Made by a program: the position numbers and the translations under genes. From the NCBI GenBank assembly GCA_043228905.1, contig JBHGNT010000008.1, positions 22,258,001-22,322,000 on the forward strand: a stretch of DNA of 64,000 nucleotides, in the 5' to 3' direction. Below are positions 24,201 through 38,700 of this stretch, piece after piece. Each line of letters starts with the position of its first letter. Position 1 is the first letter of the stretch. The DNA is from Azolla caroliniana. Taxonomy: Eukaryota; Plantae; Polypodiophyta. The notes under the pieces are model-generated. The model saw only the letters and a program-made list of their open reading frames with translations. It made no database searches and was not told the DNA's origin.

Positions 24201-27200
24201 CATAATGTATGAAGTACATTCAAGCAGCTGGAAACAGGGCTCTTTAGAATAAAATCAATCTTAAAACAAAGAATTTAATCAAAGCAATAGCTGAGGTATA
24301 GACAAACCAGATATACAGAATGCGTTCTAAGCAGGCTTGTATAACAGGCTGGTGAAAGAAGGCCACATCTGGCATAGTTCTCGGGCAATCTACAGAAATC
24401 TGCACGTAAACAAATCATCACTTTATTAGAAATGAATCGATAATCACACTTCAGTTATTTGATATAAGAAATTCAAATGCAATACCTGCCGAAGGGTGTG
24501 CATTTCGTCCTCTGCTCTATCTGCATCTGGAATGTCATAATATTGAGAAACACAATCAGCATACTCAAGTCGTTTTCTCATGACCACAACTTCTCTCCTA
24601 TCAGAGTTTGGTGGAGCATAACCCTGAACCAAATACAAACTTAATTGTTAATGAGAACTACATTAAATAACTAAGAAAATATACAGATTTGGGCATGCAC
24701 TGTCTACACGTGAGCAAAATCATACAATTGGGCATAAAAAATTGTACGATTTTATAAAACATGAATTGAAAATTTAAGCGCATACTAACAATTCTGACAC
24801 TTACTAGCAAAAGGCGCCAAACTAGTGGTCTCATATCTGCTGGAACACCGCTCCATGCGATTTCTCTTAATGCATCTACAGAGAAGACATAATATATGAG
24901 GCAAATGCAGATAATACGCTCATGAAGCTTGATAAAGCTATTATATGCATTTAGAAATTCTGATTCAAAAGCATTTTGTTAAATTATTACCAACTTACCC
25001 AAGTCAACTACTGGAGCAGAGAGTTCTTTTTTGAATTTTGCAATCCGTGCACTATCTGTTGCTCTACCTCCAGATACACGCTTCTGCATCTGAATTGGGC
25101 CACAATCCTTGCCATCATTTTCAGGAGCACAGCTCGCTGACATGCCTCTTGAATCTATAGATGATTCGACTTCATTGGGCCCAGGATGTTCCACCTACAT
25201 TGGTAAAGAAAACAATGGATTTACATTATAAATGCACACTATGTTACTGTATATTAATAATGTTACGAAACCAAATTTTGAATTTACTATGGTCCTATGA
25301 GGTGTACACAAGTGGATCTCTATGACTAGAATCCACCAACCAATGGAATGTGGTAATCCCTTGGAGACTTGTATATAAATCCTACTAGGTGGGGCATTGT
25401 TTTTTGATGATGATTCTTAGTGGATGAATATAGTTCTTTCTCTTGCTCTCACACATGCACAACACTTCCACACATCACGACTCATTGAGAGCCAGATTTC
25501 TTTGCACAGTATCAGTGTGTGAGGTTTGGGGATTCTTCATCAAGCTCAACCATTGAAGCTATACTAGTACTTGGATACATTGCTTCAACTTGGCTATCGT
25601 TGCTGCAGTGATGCTGCAGGACATGGGGTGTACCTCGAGCTAAAACAGCAAAATGAATGTACAGATGGGTAGTGCACTTCCAACAGAGAAGTTGGACATT
25701 CACAACTATGCATCATCGAAGGACAAGATGCACTAATACCTGGTTGACAAGGGTTACTGGAGTTACATAAAGGATGCTCAAAAAAAACACCCTGGTCGCA
25801 TAAACCCCAAGTACCTGGCATGACAGCAGGGTGCCAGACAGGTGATGTACTACTTGGCAACATAGGTGCAAGATCACACATTACTACATCTGGGATGCAG
25901 ATGCCCAGAAAGAAGTGTGTCAAAATTTGAAACAAAGTTTACTGCTTCAACGACACCTCAAAAGCTTCAACTGGATATGTCTATGACACACGATACCCTC
26001 AAGATCAAGAACTCATGTGATTCACTTGCCTCCATCAACATCACAGTTGACGACAATGAGATGGTGCAAGTCTATTTCGGCTGCCTCACACATAAGTATG
26101 GTGCGTTTTGGACTGCCATAACGGCAAGGGGGAAAAGCACGGCATCTGAAGGGCAGATGCCATATACACAAGAAGATCTCAGTCGAGGTCACAACAGAGG
26201 AATCAGGGGAGGAATGGCCCAGAAAGAGGTAGACGAGGTCAACAACGGTATAATTCCCGGCAACTGGCAGAAGGGAGAGTAACCCAGCAAGACCAGCAGA
26301 CCAAGTGCTGGTATTGCATAAAGCCCAGCCACTTTGAAGCAGAGTGCCGGAAGAAGAAGAATGACTCAGCAGCTTTGGCTCAGCAGCAAATAAATTATGC
26401 TGCGACGGCTGGCCAAGATATCAAAGGGCGATTTTTGCCATGCGATATACCAGGTGAATAGTAGGAACCAGTAAGGTTTGGTTTCGACATAACCGGTTAT
26501 GTTTTGCATTGTCCAAATCAAACCGGTTAAGCCTTAACTGGTTCGGGAGTTTTCAAACTTGAACCGAACTGGCCCCTAAACTGGTTTAGGCTTAACCGGT
26601 TTGGGAACTGGTTTAGCTCAAAATGGTTTGATTCGCCTTGAGCCATCCCAAACCAAGCTCAAACTGCTTAAGGAAGCTCAAGCCTGAACCGAACCAAACC
26701 GCCAAACCATTTAAAACGGTTTAATGGCTCAGTTCAAGCTTGGCCGAACCATTGCCAACTCCTAGAGAATAGCATGACAGTGCAGTTCCCAACCTGATAA
26801 TCTATGGTTCGTGGATTCAGGAGTCTCCAATCACATGACATGCCATCAAGAATGGTTCAAGAATTTGAGGGAACCTGAGAAGCTCAGTGTGGTGGAGACT
26901 GGTAATGACTCCACACACAATCAAGCACATCAGGCATGTATCCTTTAGCAATCACAACAAGGGCTACATCAAGGATATATTGCATGTCTGGATGATTACG
27001 AAGTATTTGGTCTAGGTTGGCCAAATTGTGGAGCTAGAAATGCAAGAACAATTCAGCATGGGAGGTTCCTTCATCAAGGATAAAGGCCACCTTATCGCTC
27101 ATGGAAGAAGAAAAGGCCACATGTTTATCACTGATGCGACTGAGGTAAACACCACGATGTACGCAAAGGGACTCAAGGCAGAGTCTGATATCAAGTTCGA

Positions 27201-30090
27201 GTTGTGGCACGATTTGGATCTTGAGAGTGAAAAAGAGAGGCCGATCACCATTTTGGGTAGGGACTCAACAAAGAGTCCACGCTTACTCTGGCTAACCAGA
27301 TCTCAGGTACAGTCAAGCAATCAGAATATTGCCTAGCATGAACAAACCTCTAATATTGTGTCCCATTGATGGTACACCCATATAGAAAGGAGGAAGGGCT
27401 AGATGCCTGAGCACAAGGCCAAGAGCACGGCCTTGGGTGACGACTCGAATCAGTCACCCCAGTCCGTTGATAGTGAATATGGTGCACCTATAATGAGGAC
27501 ACCAGGAGTAGCAATCAGCAACAGTTCAATTTGAACAGAACCAAAGCATATAGACTATGGTTTAACGGATTACCTAAAAGGTTTGGTTTAGTTCAGTTCA
27601 AGTTCGAAAATTTGTTAGCAATTCAGCACTAGGTCTCGACAAGCTGTTGCAATTCTCAATGGATCTAGGCCTTGGACCACTCGACATCCCAAGCTCGAAG
27701 GGGAGCACAAGTACAAGGACGACAAGTAGAGGAACGAATACTGATACCAAGGAGCATGTGGAGAAGAAAGGCATACAATAGATAAGAAGGGTAAAGCTGA
27801 CCATTGGCTCGCCACCTAAAACTGAAGCTATCCAGAGAAAGCCCAAAGAAGAGGATAAGCCCAATGACGACAAGATCTAGGGTAAGCCCGACAATGACAC
27901 AGCACCTGATGATAATACAAGTGCCCATGTTGAAAAAGTCTATGCCCAGAGCAAAAGGAAAAGACAGCGGTGGACCGGAAGGAAAAAGATGGGAATCTTG
28001 GCAAAAACTCCAGTTGCATAATCCCAGTAGAAAACTCCAGCATCCCGAGATTTCTTGATTGACATTTTTTGAATTGGCCAGATCAACCTTTCCTGATCAA
28101 GATCAAGTACAGAGGAGCAATGTGAAGACCACGGCCCAACAGTTCGAGCAGCTTCAACCGAGTCTTAGACAACCGATCTCAGATCTCAACAAGACACACA
28201 GTTGACCTTGAGGGGACATATTGCGAATCAAGGTCAACTTGGGTAAACATGTGCTTATTGAAAAACACAATGTGTGTAAAAAGTGTGTAAATACACTTTA
28301 TTATACTCCATGGAACTATTAAGTTACATGAAGAACTAGATTTTGATATCTAGTCCGTTGGCAAGTGTAAATGTGGTCAAAAAACCGTAGATATTCTTAT
28401 GATAGAATCGTACTCGAGTGGATGTCTGTGACTAGATTCCACCAACCACACTTAATGTGGTAGTCCCTAGGGGACTTGTGTATAAAGCCCAGTTGGGGCA
28501 TTGTTTTTATAATGATTCTTAGTCTATCGATATAGTCCTTTCTCTTGCTCAGACATGCACAATGCTTGCACACACCATGACTCATCAAGAATCAGCATTC
28601 TTTACATTTGAGAACCCAACATTTTATTTCTCCTCCGTTGAATATGTGCTCAAATGCATAACAAGACTTCTTTGCTACTTGTAAGCGGCAGGAGTACAAT
28701 CATTCCACCGATGATTGGAGAGTGTACAAACTAAAGGTATTTAAACATTTAGTCAAGTAGCTTATTATTGTGTGTGATGCAAGGTTTATCCTTATTTTGA
28801 GCTTTCATAACGATAATCTTTGTTTTGGCATTAATGACACTCAACTTATTATCAAAAGTTTTCAAACACATGCATATTCTAAAGTATCTGCTACCATACA
28901 GAAGTATGATAACTCCATCCCTAATTGTAACCACTTCAATGCTTTCTTGTTTTATAAACTCATCAGCTATTTTTCAATAAACAAACTAACAAGATATTTA
29001 TATCTAACATGTTGTAATCCACACGAATTAGTCTAGGCTCCCGAATGCTTGGATAGGCTAGATCCCTTAAATATAGAAAGTATCTTCCAAGGCACAATTT
29101 CAAATTTTGAATGGGTTGGAAGTATATAAGTAAGCTTTAATTAGGGTGTTCAACTCATCAAGCAAACATTAATCTTGCCGCATTTCTTGAGACCTTGCAA
29201 GTAGCAACGCGTTCATGATCATAGCAATAAAATATGTATTCTAACACGAAAATAAGTACCTTAACATAGCCTCCAACATCACTAAAATCTGAGGGTGGAT
29301 CATTATCTCCATCAGATCGGTCTGAAGTTGATGCAGGATTTGTCACCCGAGAGCTTCTGATTGTAGTATCTGTGTTCCTGCTCAGTAGGACTCTACCAGG
29401 GAATGATCTGCCACTCAACAACCTAACACATAGTAATATAAAAGGACAAATCTTTAAGAAGGCAATACAAAAACAAATGTATGATGTGAAATGAGGAAAT
29501 GAATATGTGCAACACACTACAATAAGGTAATCCATGCCATGAATGAATCTGCATATTATATGGGAAGAAAGTGAGTTAAAAGAGCAAACCGAACACCAAG
29601 TTACAGAGATCCCATATGAATGAGGAATACCAAAAACGTGAATCACATAAAGAGGTGCCCATGTAAGAGTGCAAGTCCTAACAGCTAAACGTATAAACTC
29701 AAGTTTCATAGACTCCCATCCCATGAGAATGAGGACTACCAATATGTGAGCTTTATTCCATAAACTCAAATGAGGTTTGAAGGGACAAAGGTTTAAAAGA
29801 GCAACCCAAAAGAGCTAGAAATTTTGGGTACTCCCATACTCAACATGAAACTACTAGCTCACATATGGATGACGAAATCTCCATAGTTGTGAATCATACA
29901 TACCCTTCAGAAAAAATATACATATGCCATCAATCCAAATGTTGTATGCAGAGAGCCTTGAATCACGAAAATACCACATTATTAATATATATGACCCTGA
30001 CCCTTACCCTTGAACACTTTTGAGAGTTTGGTTGAATCTGCTATCTAGATTCCCATCCTTCTTGCTTTCATTCTCAGCAGGAGGCTTCAT
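21226..30090 (-). CDS. TBC-domain Rab GTPase-activating protein (GYP1/TBC1D22-like), 10 coding exons
   Basis: Exons 30090-30008, 29422-29260, 25194-24999, 24875-24805, 24623-24486, 24399-24308, 24000-23729, 23074-22989, 22038-21937 and 21390-21226, all GT-AG and phase-consistent. Motifs LDSRFNQTL..GRSFPG, AWSGVP..RPLVWRLLLGY, ISVDCPRT (R-finger), YVQG (Q-finger), RLWDTYL. Confidence 0.93.
22125..22908. mobile_element. Non-autonomous hAT-type element (MITE) in TBC intron 8, with an internal palindrome array
   Basis: TIR CATAGTATG/CATACTATG; perfect 8-bp TSD CTATGGAA at 22117-22124 and 22909-22916; subterminal TTCG/CGAA repeats. Confidence 0.88.
25261..28606 (+). mobile_element. Decayed, internally deleted Copia related to element B, antisense within TBC intron 2
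   Basis: Diverged LTR pair (~25300-25506 and 28219-28606) with a degenerate PBS and PPT. Gag 'KIKNSCDSLASINITVDDNEMVQV' and PR 'WFVDSG' are similar to B. The left boundary is approximate. Confidence 0.8.
26462..26764. mobile_element. hAT-type MITE (AACCG-rich) nested in the intronic Copia relic
   Basis: TAGG..CCTA ends; TSD GTGAATAG/GAGAATAG (7/8); many AACCGG/GGTT repeats. Confidence 0.7.
28620..28990 (-). mobile_element. LINE reverse-transcriptase relic in TBC intron 2
   Basis: 'IILLY..LKTF..LSVIN.KTKI' resembles the LLYADD..L.VN..KTK region of a non-LTR RT. Confidence 0.5.
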
Positions 30091-32799
30091 TTCTCTTCTA
30101 TTGTCAGAATTCTACAGAGGGTTTCCTGCTTTTGCCAGATTGGCTGCCATAGTACCTGAAATGTGAGATGAGATAGGTTCGAACAAAACTTCAGAACAAG
30201 GGTAGAATGGATCTCGGAAGAGAGCCATTTACCTGTCTTCAGATATACATATGTAATAATGTATGTATCTTATGTATGTATGCGTTTATACATACATGCA
30301 TGCATGCATGTATGTATGTATACATCCCGACCAAAATATGTCGAACAACAATGAGATTTGCTTGCATTGATAAGTTTTAAAAGACACAAGTTGTTTTTGT
30401 TTATTTACGAATATGCCCCTCCAGGCTCCATTATAGCAAACTACCATAATACCCTTCCTCATCAACTTTGAGAACTTAAAAGAGGGTATTTTGGTAAATA
30501 TCTGAAACGTTAGATATTGTTTAATTAATGAGCTTGAGGTTTGGAAGTAAGCAGGGATGGAAGAGTACTCTTGTTTGGATTTTAATACATAATTTTATCC
30601 TTCTAGTTTTGTTTGCCTCGGAGACCTTAAGCGATTATTACTACATGACTAGATAGCTTAGAATTTGCAGTTCCTACTAGATCTCTCCATGCCAAAAACC
30701 TATAACTAGTAGTAATTGAACCAAAGAGCTCATCTTTGTTTGTAGTTTGTATTTGTCCTATGTACGAGACATTTGTAATGTATCAACACCTTTGTCTTCA
30801 TTCCTTATTTTCATTCATAACTACATTGCAATATACATATTTCGACTATGTTTGCACACACTATGATGAACGAAGTATGATTTCATTTTCACACCAAACA
30901 TGGGAACAACAAAAGTTTTTTAGTTTGAAGTGTAAGAGCGAGCATGGTAGTTAAAACATTACAAAACTCCATACCTAGAATCAAAACAATGACATGAATC
31001 ACTAAATTGCTCACCCAAAAAAGCTAAAACATGTGTCTTTTAGTAGACTCAAAACTAATATTCTCTTTATGATTTCTAAATTGTCTGATTATGTAGGTCA
31101 AATTTGTCAAACAAAACATTCATTTGTTAAGCAAATAGCCTAATTGCACACAAATAACACTTTCCCCATGCTAGATGCAATCCAACACTCCTTGTATACA
31201 TATGGAAGGACATGGTGGAAAGAAGAATCACCATAGAAGAAACTCAAAGTATGTCAAAGTTCAAAGGATCAATAATGGTGATGAATCTTTGGAACTAGCC
31301 CTAAGGGCCATCATAGAAAAAATATTAGGGCACCGCTTATGTGAAATTCCAATAGAATTTTCATTTCCCCACAAAATTGATGTAATTCTCACCTTTAGAG
31401 ATTCTAACTCTTCACATCATGTATTCCTCTTTTTTGTCAAGAATAGCAATGTTGCATCTTAAAACTATGTTGCATTAAACTAAATCAATTGAACAAGTAG
31501 GTTTTGATTCATTTGAAACACTAGCATTAACAAACCTATCCCATACATCAGAATTTTGCTTTCTCTACAATAAGCTTCTAGTAAGCATTTCATTTTTGGC
31601 TTTCATAGACATTTGAATGAAACAATATATTGAAAAGGCACTGCTATTTTCACACCAACAAAAAGCTATCAATGCCACTGTCGTGAATCCATATTTGTAG
31701 GTGCCAACAAACAAACGACAGCTAATTGTCAAGCACCCAGAGTTGCTCTCATTTGGAGGAAAAGAGTCCATCTTACAGTACAAAAGGTGACGCTTTTACT
31801 TGAAACCCCCATATAATGTTGAGTTTATGATTCATCACTTTGACTTGCATAAAACAATATCAACATAAACAAACCCTTCATCCTTAATTCAACAATGCAA
31901 CTAATATTTTAGGCTTATGCAACATTACTATTTACTCGAATGGAATCATAATCCACCGCTTCCAATATAAGCTTATTAAATAAATTTTCTAAACAGCTCT
32001 TTTGAGATGGTAATAATTTTGATATGAACTTCAATATGTTTCTATTAACTAGGTGAAAAAAACCTCCTTTTATTTTATCAATTCTGTGAGATGGAATAAT
32101 ATATTCTAAGGCAAAGATATTCACATCAAGACTTCATAGATACCATGATACAACACTAGCACATGATGTCACTCTGAGAAGGGCACCAAAACCCAAATAG
32201 GAAGTCCATAGTGTCATGGCACTCTTTTCCAAACATTGGTCTCTTTTTCTTCTAAAAAGAGCATGTCCCATATAAACAAAGACAAGTCCCCCCTTCAAAC
32301 AAGCAGGAAGATGCATTTCAGATTTTAAATAAGAATCTCCGTCTCATACCTGCTTGAAGACTGAAATTCTTAGTATACCAAATACTGAAGTCTATGAACC
32401 ATGGTTATTTTATATGAATTTAAGATATTACAAGGTCTTAAAAGATATTGAGGAGAAGAAGTTACGGGACTCGGACACTCACCTTTTGCAATATGGAATT
32501 CCTTCAGAAACTAAATCATTTAGAATTGGAAAATTTCAAGTGCATCAAATGGATGCCTATGCTTTTAACAGTGAAAAAGAGCAAAAGAACCCCAAAGAGG
32601 TAATACAACATGGTAATAGTACAGGAGGATTTGATTTAACAGTTTTAATAGCCATATCACTCTAAAGAAGAGAAAAAGAGTAAAATAAAGAGGCAGAAAT
32701 CCGTCCACTTTGTACCCTCATAGATGTTGGTTAACATAGAACAAAATTTGCAAGGTTAGTGTTAGGCCACACTATAGGGCTAAGAGTGGCAAACCATGC

Positions 32800-35700
32800 C
32801 TATTGAATCTCCCCATCTTCTCCAAGCTCTCCATCCTCCAATTCGTCCGCTGTACCATACCTTCGATGGTCTTTTCGATGTCGTTTATGTTTACTCTCAC
32901 TATCTGAATTTGATTCATATGTATGCTGATAAAACCACCAACACACAAGTTAGCATTAGACATGAACACATACATAATGCTAGAGTGCAGAAACCAACCT
33001 TCCGAGAAGATTTTCTTTTGTCACCACTATGTTTCCGTGACCTCTTGACATCCTCTCTATCTTCTCTCTCTGAGCTTGCATCGTCACTGCTTCTGCCGCG
33101 ATTGCTTTTCCGGTGCTTCCTGTCCTTCTCTCTTTCACGATCCCGATCCTTCTCTTTACGTCTTTCTTCCTTCTGGACATGATAGTTCCCATCATCACCA
33201 GCATCAACATCTCTCTCCTTTCTACTTGACTTCTCTGGTTCAACATTACTATCTTTCTCCCTCTTAGACTTTTCTCTCTCTTTTTCACTCAGATCAGAAG
33301 GGGTTTCTCTGTCTTTCCTAGTTGACCTGTGACTGCTCCCAAGTTCGGCAGCATCAATATCTCTTCTACTTGACTTCTCTCGTTCTTTCTCAGAACTATC
33401 AAGATAACTCTCTTTCTCTCTCCTTGATTTTTCTCTATCTTTTTCAATCGAATCAACATGAGTTTCTCTATCTTTCCTACTTGACTTTTCTTTTTCTTTC
33501 TCTCTTTCTTTTTCTTTTTCTTTTTCCCTTTCTTTTTTCTCCTCTTTCCTCTTTTCCCTTTCCTTCTCTTTCTCCCTTTCTTTCTCTTTTTCTTTCTCCT
33601 TTTTGGCCTGATGAAACATTTCCACCATTAGATTAGTGTGCATATTTAGTAAGAGAGGAAAAACTTAAAACACATTTGGATTTCTACAACTAAGGTAATG
33701 TGATCTTAAGATATTGCAGTGTATTCCCTAATTGATGAAACTCAGACATTTTTGTATTGCAGCTGCAGAACTTAGTGAGTGTCTAAATAAGTTTAAATTT
33801 GTAATTTTTCCTAATTTTGAACAATTAAGGAACCCTAGTTTCAATTTGACATCATAATCTAAATATTTAATATATTTCTCCAGGACTTCAGCACCTAGAA
33901 ACCCTGAAAAACATTTTCATTCGCACTCCTTTTACATTGTCTTCTTTTCTATGGGTATCAAAATGAGAACTACTCCTGAATAGTTATGAAATCAAAGAAT
34001 TACAACCAATCAGGTGTGATTATTGAGATGTCGCTTGATGCAGTATCATAACTAATGTGCAAAGAGCATACGTGATGAAACATTTCTTTCTCTTTTTCCT
34101 TCTCCTTTTTGGCCTGATGAAACATTTCCACCACTAGATTAGTGTGAAAACGGTTTTCAAACTTTGCATATTTAGTAAGAGAAGAAAAACTTAAAACACA
34201 TTTGGATTTCTACAACTAAGGTAGTGTGATCTTAAGATATTGCAGTGTATTCCCGCGTAACTCAAGACATTTTTGTATCACAGCTGCAGAACTTAGTGAC
34301 TGTCTAAATAAGTATAAATTTGTAATTTTTCCTAATTTTGAACAATTAAGGAACACTAGTTTCAATTTGACATCATAATCCAAATATTTAATATATTTCT
34401 CCAGGACTTCAGCACCTAGAAACCCTGAAAAACATTTTCATTTGCACTCCTTTTACATTGTGTTCTTTTCTATGGTATCAAAATGAGAACTACTCCTGAA
34501 TAGTTATGAAATCAAAGGATTATAACCAATCAGGTGTGATTATAGAAATGTCGCTTGATGCAGTATCATAACTAATGTGCAAAGAACATATGCACAAGAC
34601 AATGCTGCACAAGACCTGTGCATAGAAAGTTATAAATAATAGGGTTTTCTTTTCTGTTTTCCTTATTGAGAACTTTGACATATTTGCAAGTAAAAATCGC
34701 ATTATTATGTGCAAGGAACATATGTACAAAAGATACCTAATATGATGCATGGAAATTGTGGGTAAGAAGTTATATTTCAAACTGTATAGAATAGTACAGT
34801 TCCATTTTATATTTTCCTTTTTATTAACTTTGGTATATTTGCAACAAAACAAGAGATAAAATAAGTAGAAAGAAATCATTCCAAAAAATTATATCTAAAA
34901 TTTACTAAACGTGATTTTCCTACGTAAAAGGGATTTTTGCATGACTGCTTCTAACTCGAACAGCGAGAAAGGTGATGATTATTCAGATTTCTCTTCTCCT
35001 TGTCCGAGACAATGCAAAATTATGTACTTTCTAGAGTTACCCATCTGTTTTATGTTATCATGTTTAATATGCTTGCATGCTTACTATGAGGAAAATAGTC
35101 GCATGCATATGTTTGTACCATATGACTTGAAATGCTTCACAGAGTTTCCCATTTGTTTTATGTTATCAAGTTTAATTCGCTTGCATGATTGCTATGAGGA
35201 AAATAGTAGCACGCATATGTTTGTACCATATGAATTGAATTGCTTCACATATGACAATAGTGACTGTTCCCTCTGAGAGTATTTTCTTATGAGGTGCGCG
35301 ACTCTGTGGATCTCTCAACCAGGTCATTGGGGTCAGAACACCTACTGCAGCGGAACATGGTCAGTGCAAGAATGCCAGAGAAGAACTGAATCATATTATC
35401 GTATGACCACTCGAACAGAAAGGTGGCATAAAGAAGCTCCAAGTGGAGTATCTACCTTGTCCGGTCATTCTAAGGCTGTCCCTGTTCCAGAGTTAGGGGA
35501 GGGTAGTGTCATATATACAGAATGGCTCACAAACATAAAAAATGGTGTTATCATGAGATGACCGTACTGCTGGAACAAGAGCCCTAAGCACAGGCAAACA
35601 ATTAGTCATGGGCGTACCTATATCCACTTGTTATAGGTCAACCATTTTGGTCTATTTCATAAGTTGCATGTCCTGGTTCATTTAGTATTCCCATTATGGT

Positions 35701-38700
35701 TTCCCATACATTTTCCAGCAATATCCTAGAAAGCTGATTGTTCAATAAGAAAGTTTGGAGGAAACGAACAATAATGATTCTAACAAGTTAAGGTTAAACA
35801 AAGCCTTAGGGCTTCAGACCGTCCTTAGCACAAGAATCTCCTCCACCAATTATTGAGAAAATGAACCCAGAATAAAGTTTCATTGAAGAAACCAATCAGA
35901 TAGTCAACAAGGAATATCAAGACGATCTTAACCATATAGGATAAAATGGTCATTATGACTAATGAGACTAATTTTTCTTGCCCAATATCATAACGTTTTC
36001 ATGGCCTAGGATCAAGATAATAATTGGGGCACACCCAACAGCCAACAGGAGGAGCATCTCTCCTTGCAACCATTAGCCATGATTGTCAAGCAAAAACACA
36101 CACAAAGTATTCCCTTATGAAGGCTGACTACAATATGCATAGTGGCAAATCACATGGTCTTCCTCATCAGGCTACCTGCCACCCAAATTCCCGTCATTCA
36201 AAAGTGTTTGTGTGGTTAAATCATATACCAAGAGTTTGGACCATAAGTTCTGGGTTGAGGTACAGATTTCAACTACATATTTTCATCATGTCATAACTTT
36301 TCTCTCTTGTAACCATTAGCCGTGATTTTAAAGCAAAATAGCACGCAAGGCATTCCTTCTGAAGAGTACAATTAGCATAGTTCTTCCTCATTAGGCTACT
36401 CAATACCCAAAGTCCATTCATCCAAGTGTTTGAGCGGTTAACTCATAGACCAGAAGCTTGAAGACACAAGTTCTAAGCTTCAATTACTTTGATGTTCATC
36501 AACATAGTTTTATGTAGAGCACCAAACCCAGCAATGATCAACCCATTCTACTGAATTACTGACTCAATGCTCACGTACAGGTAATACACATAAGCTACAG
36601 GCACTGCTTACCCAAGACAATTAACTCTTATGCTGTCTGATCAGATCACCATTTCATAGAACATTTAGAATTGGTTCTCTTTAGAACTAGGTCAAAATGT
36701 GTTTATTGAAATTTTTTAAAACAATGAAACCATAACTAGATACCTTCTCCTCTTCACGTTTTTTCTCTTTCTCTTTGGCTTTCTGCTGTAATAATATGAC
36801 ATACTCCTCAAAAAGCTCCTGACGCACTGAATCTTCGGTTAAAGCTCTGCACGAGACAATCATGAATATTGTAAACAATGAAGCTTTTGGAATGACAATA
36901 TAACTTGTGCCTGAGAGGGCAGGGTTAGAGTGGCCTAATGGTCCAGGCCCTTGACCTGTATGCCATCACAGTGAAGATGAACTCCTGCGCCCACACACAC
37001 ACCCCCCCTTCCCCCAATTACTGTAAATAGTGTAAAAACAAATTCTGCAAAAGAACTTACCGAAACTGAGGAGCATTTTCCAATAAAATCTGGCACTCCT
37101 CCCATGTGGACATTGCTGTTATTGACTGCAAAAACATAAGCTTCCATGACATAAATCATTTATAAACCCAAACTTTCATATCACATGGAGCATATCACTC
37201 ACTTTTTCACCATGAAGAAGCTCATTGAAGTCATCAATTATTCTTTTCTTTTTCTTTGCTTCCTTCTCCTCCTTCTCTTTAGCTCTATCTAATAAATCAT
37301 CAAAAACAATCTGAAAGAAGAACCCATTAATTATTTCCTTTCTCAACATGCGTAGCGAGAAAGATTTACTGCTCCATAATATTTAAAGGGCAGGGGAGCT
37401 TATCTAGCATAACAAATAATAAGTAATGTTTGATGCAGAAAAATTAGATCCACAAGAAAATGCCTTTATCAGTCGATTTCCAATAATTTTATGTCTGTAC
37501 ATACTCTTTGACAAAAGACTAAATTACAATTTAAGGGTTAAACTAACCTGAATATTTGATTCATCAATTGTGGCCAAGTCACCTGCTTCTGTCATTGCAT
37601 CTTTGAACATGTCATATGTCCACACTGATGTCACATTTATCTGTCCAAAACATTATTTCTGAGACATGAACAGCTGCAGCAACAAGTATATTAATATATA
37701 TTTACTATGGCACCTTTCCAGCCTTGATCAATTCTTTTAAGTTTGCTTTATCCTCTTGGTACTGCATTTGGAAACAAAGAGAATAAAAGACACTGCTAAT
37801 CAGAAAACCAAGTTCATTTTAAAGGCTTGAGCATTGAATTGTTTGTTTGACTTCTCTATCACAAGTTTGATTTTACTACTAGAAGGAAGAATGATCCAGC
37901 AGACCTTCTTATCAATATCCTCCATAAAATCATCAAAAAGATCTTTAGGAGTTGATCCACTGAGGTTTGTGCACAGGGCCTCATATGCTGGATTTTCTTT
38001 TAACTGCAAGTACTATTATCTCTCCAGTTAGCACATAAAATAGATACATAGTTCACAGACAAAGGTAGTGATATAACATTTGCCTTTGAAACATAATCCT
38101 TCCATGTAAGACGAGCATTCAAGATGCCAGATTCTCTATGGTCTTCAAGCAATTTCCTGAATTCATCTCTGTTCTTTCTCTCCTTTCTCCTCTGCTGTTC
38201 CTGTACACATAGCATTGGCTTAGAAAAGAGGTCATACATCCAAATTTGCTTTACACAGATTGGAAACTTAGGATGAAAATCAAAAAGAGAAGAAAAGTTA
38301 AAACCATGAGTCAACAGGAAAGAGTTAAATTAAACAAAGCAGGCTGCTGGATAATGCACCAAAAGTAGTCTCTACAGAGAGAAAGAAAGAAAGTTATGTT
38401 AACGTCTGCTAGAAGCTGAAATTGACCTATGAGGCAAATCATGATTACAAATATAGGTGAATTTAGGTTATTCATACTGAAACAAAAGTAAAAGCAAGCT
38501 GTATTTATGTGTGAGCATTCATGGAATCAACAGATAAACACTAGGGTAAAAGATTGACAAAACCATATACAACTGCAAAAAAAGTATCAAAGGTCGAAAC
38601 GGCAGTACACAATGTGAGGCCAAAGTGAGGAGCTTCAAATGAATTGTAGACTGTAATCATAGTGAAGTATGTTCAAAATGGCATACAATTCAACTTATGA

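Noticed and set aside
35290-36480. Possible LINE 3' relic with a diverged internal duplication (~36066-36250 vs ~36308-36480)
   Set aside because: Too degraded to assign a family or boundaries by eye.
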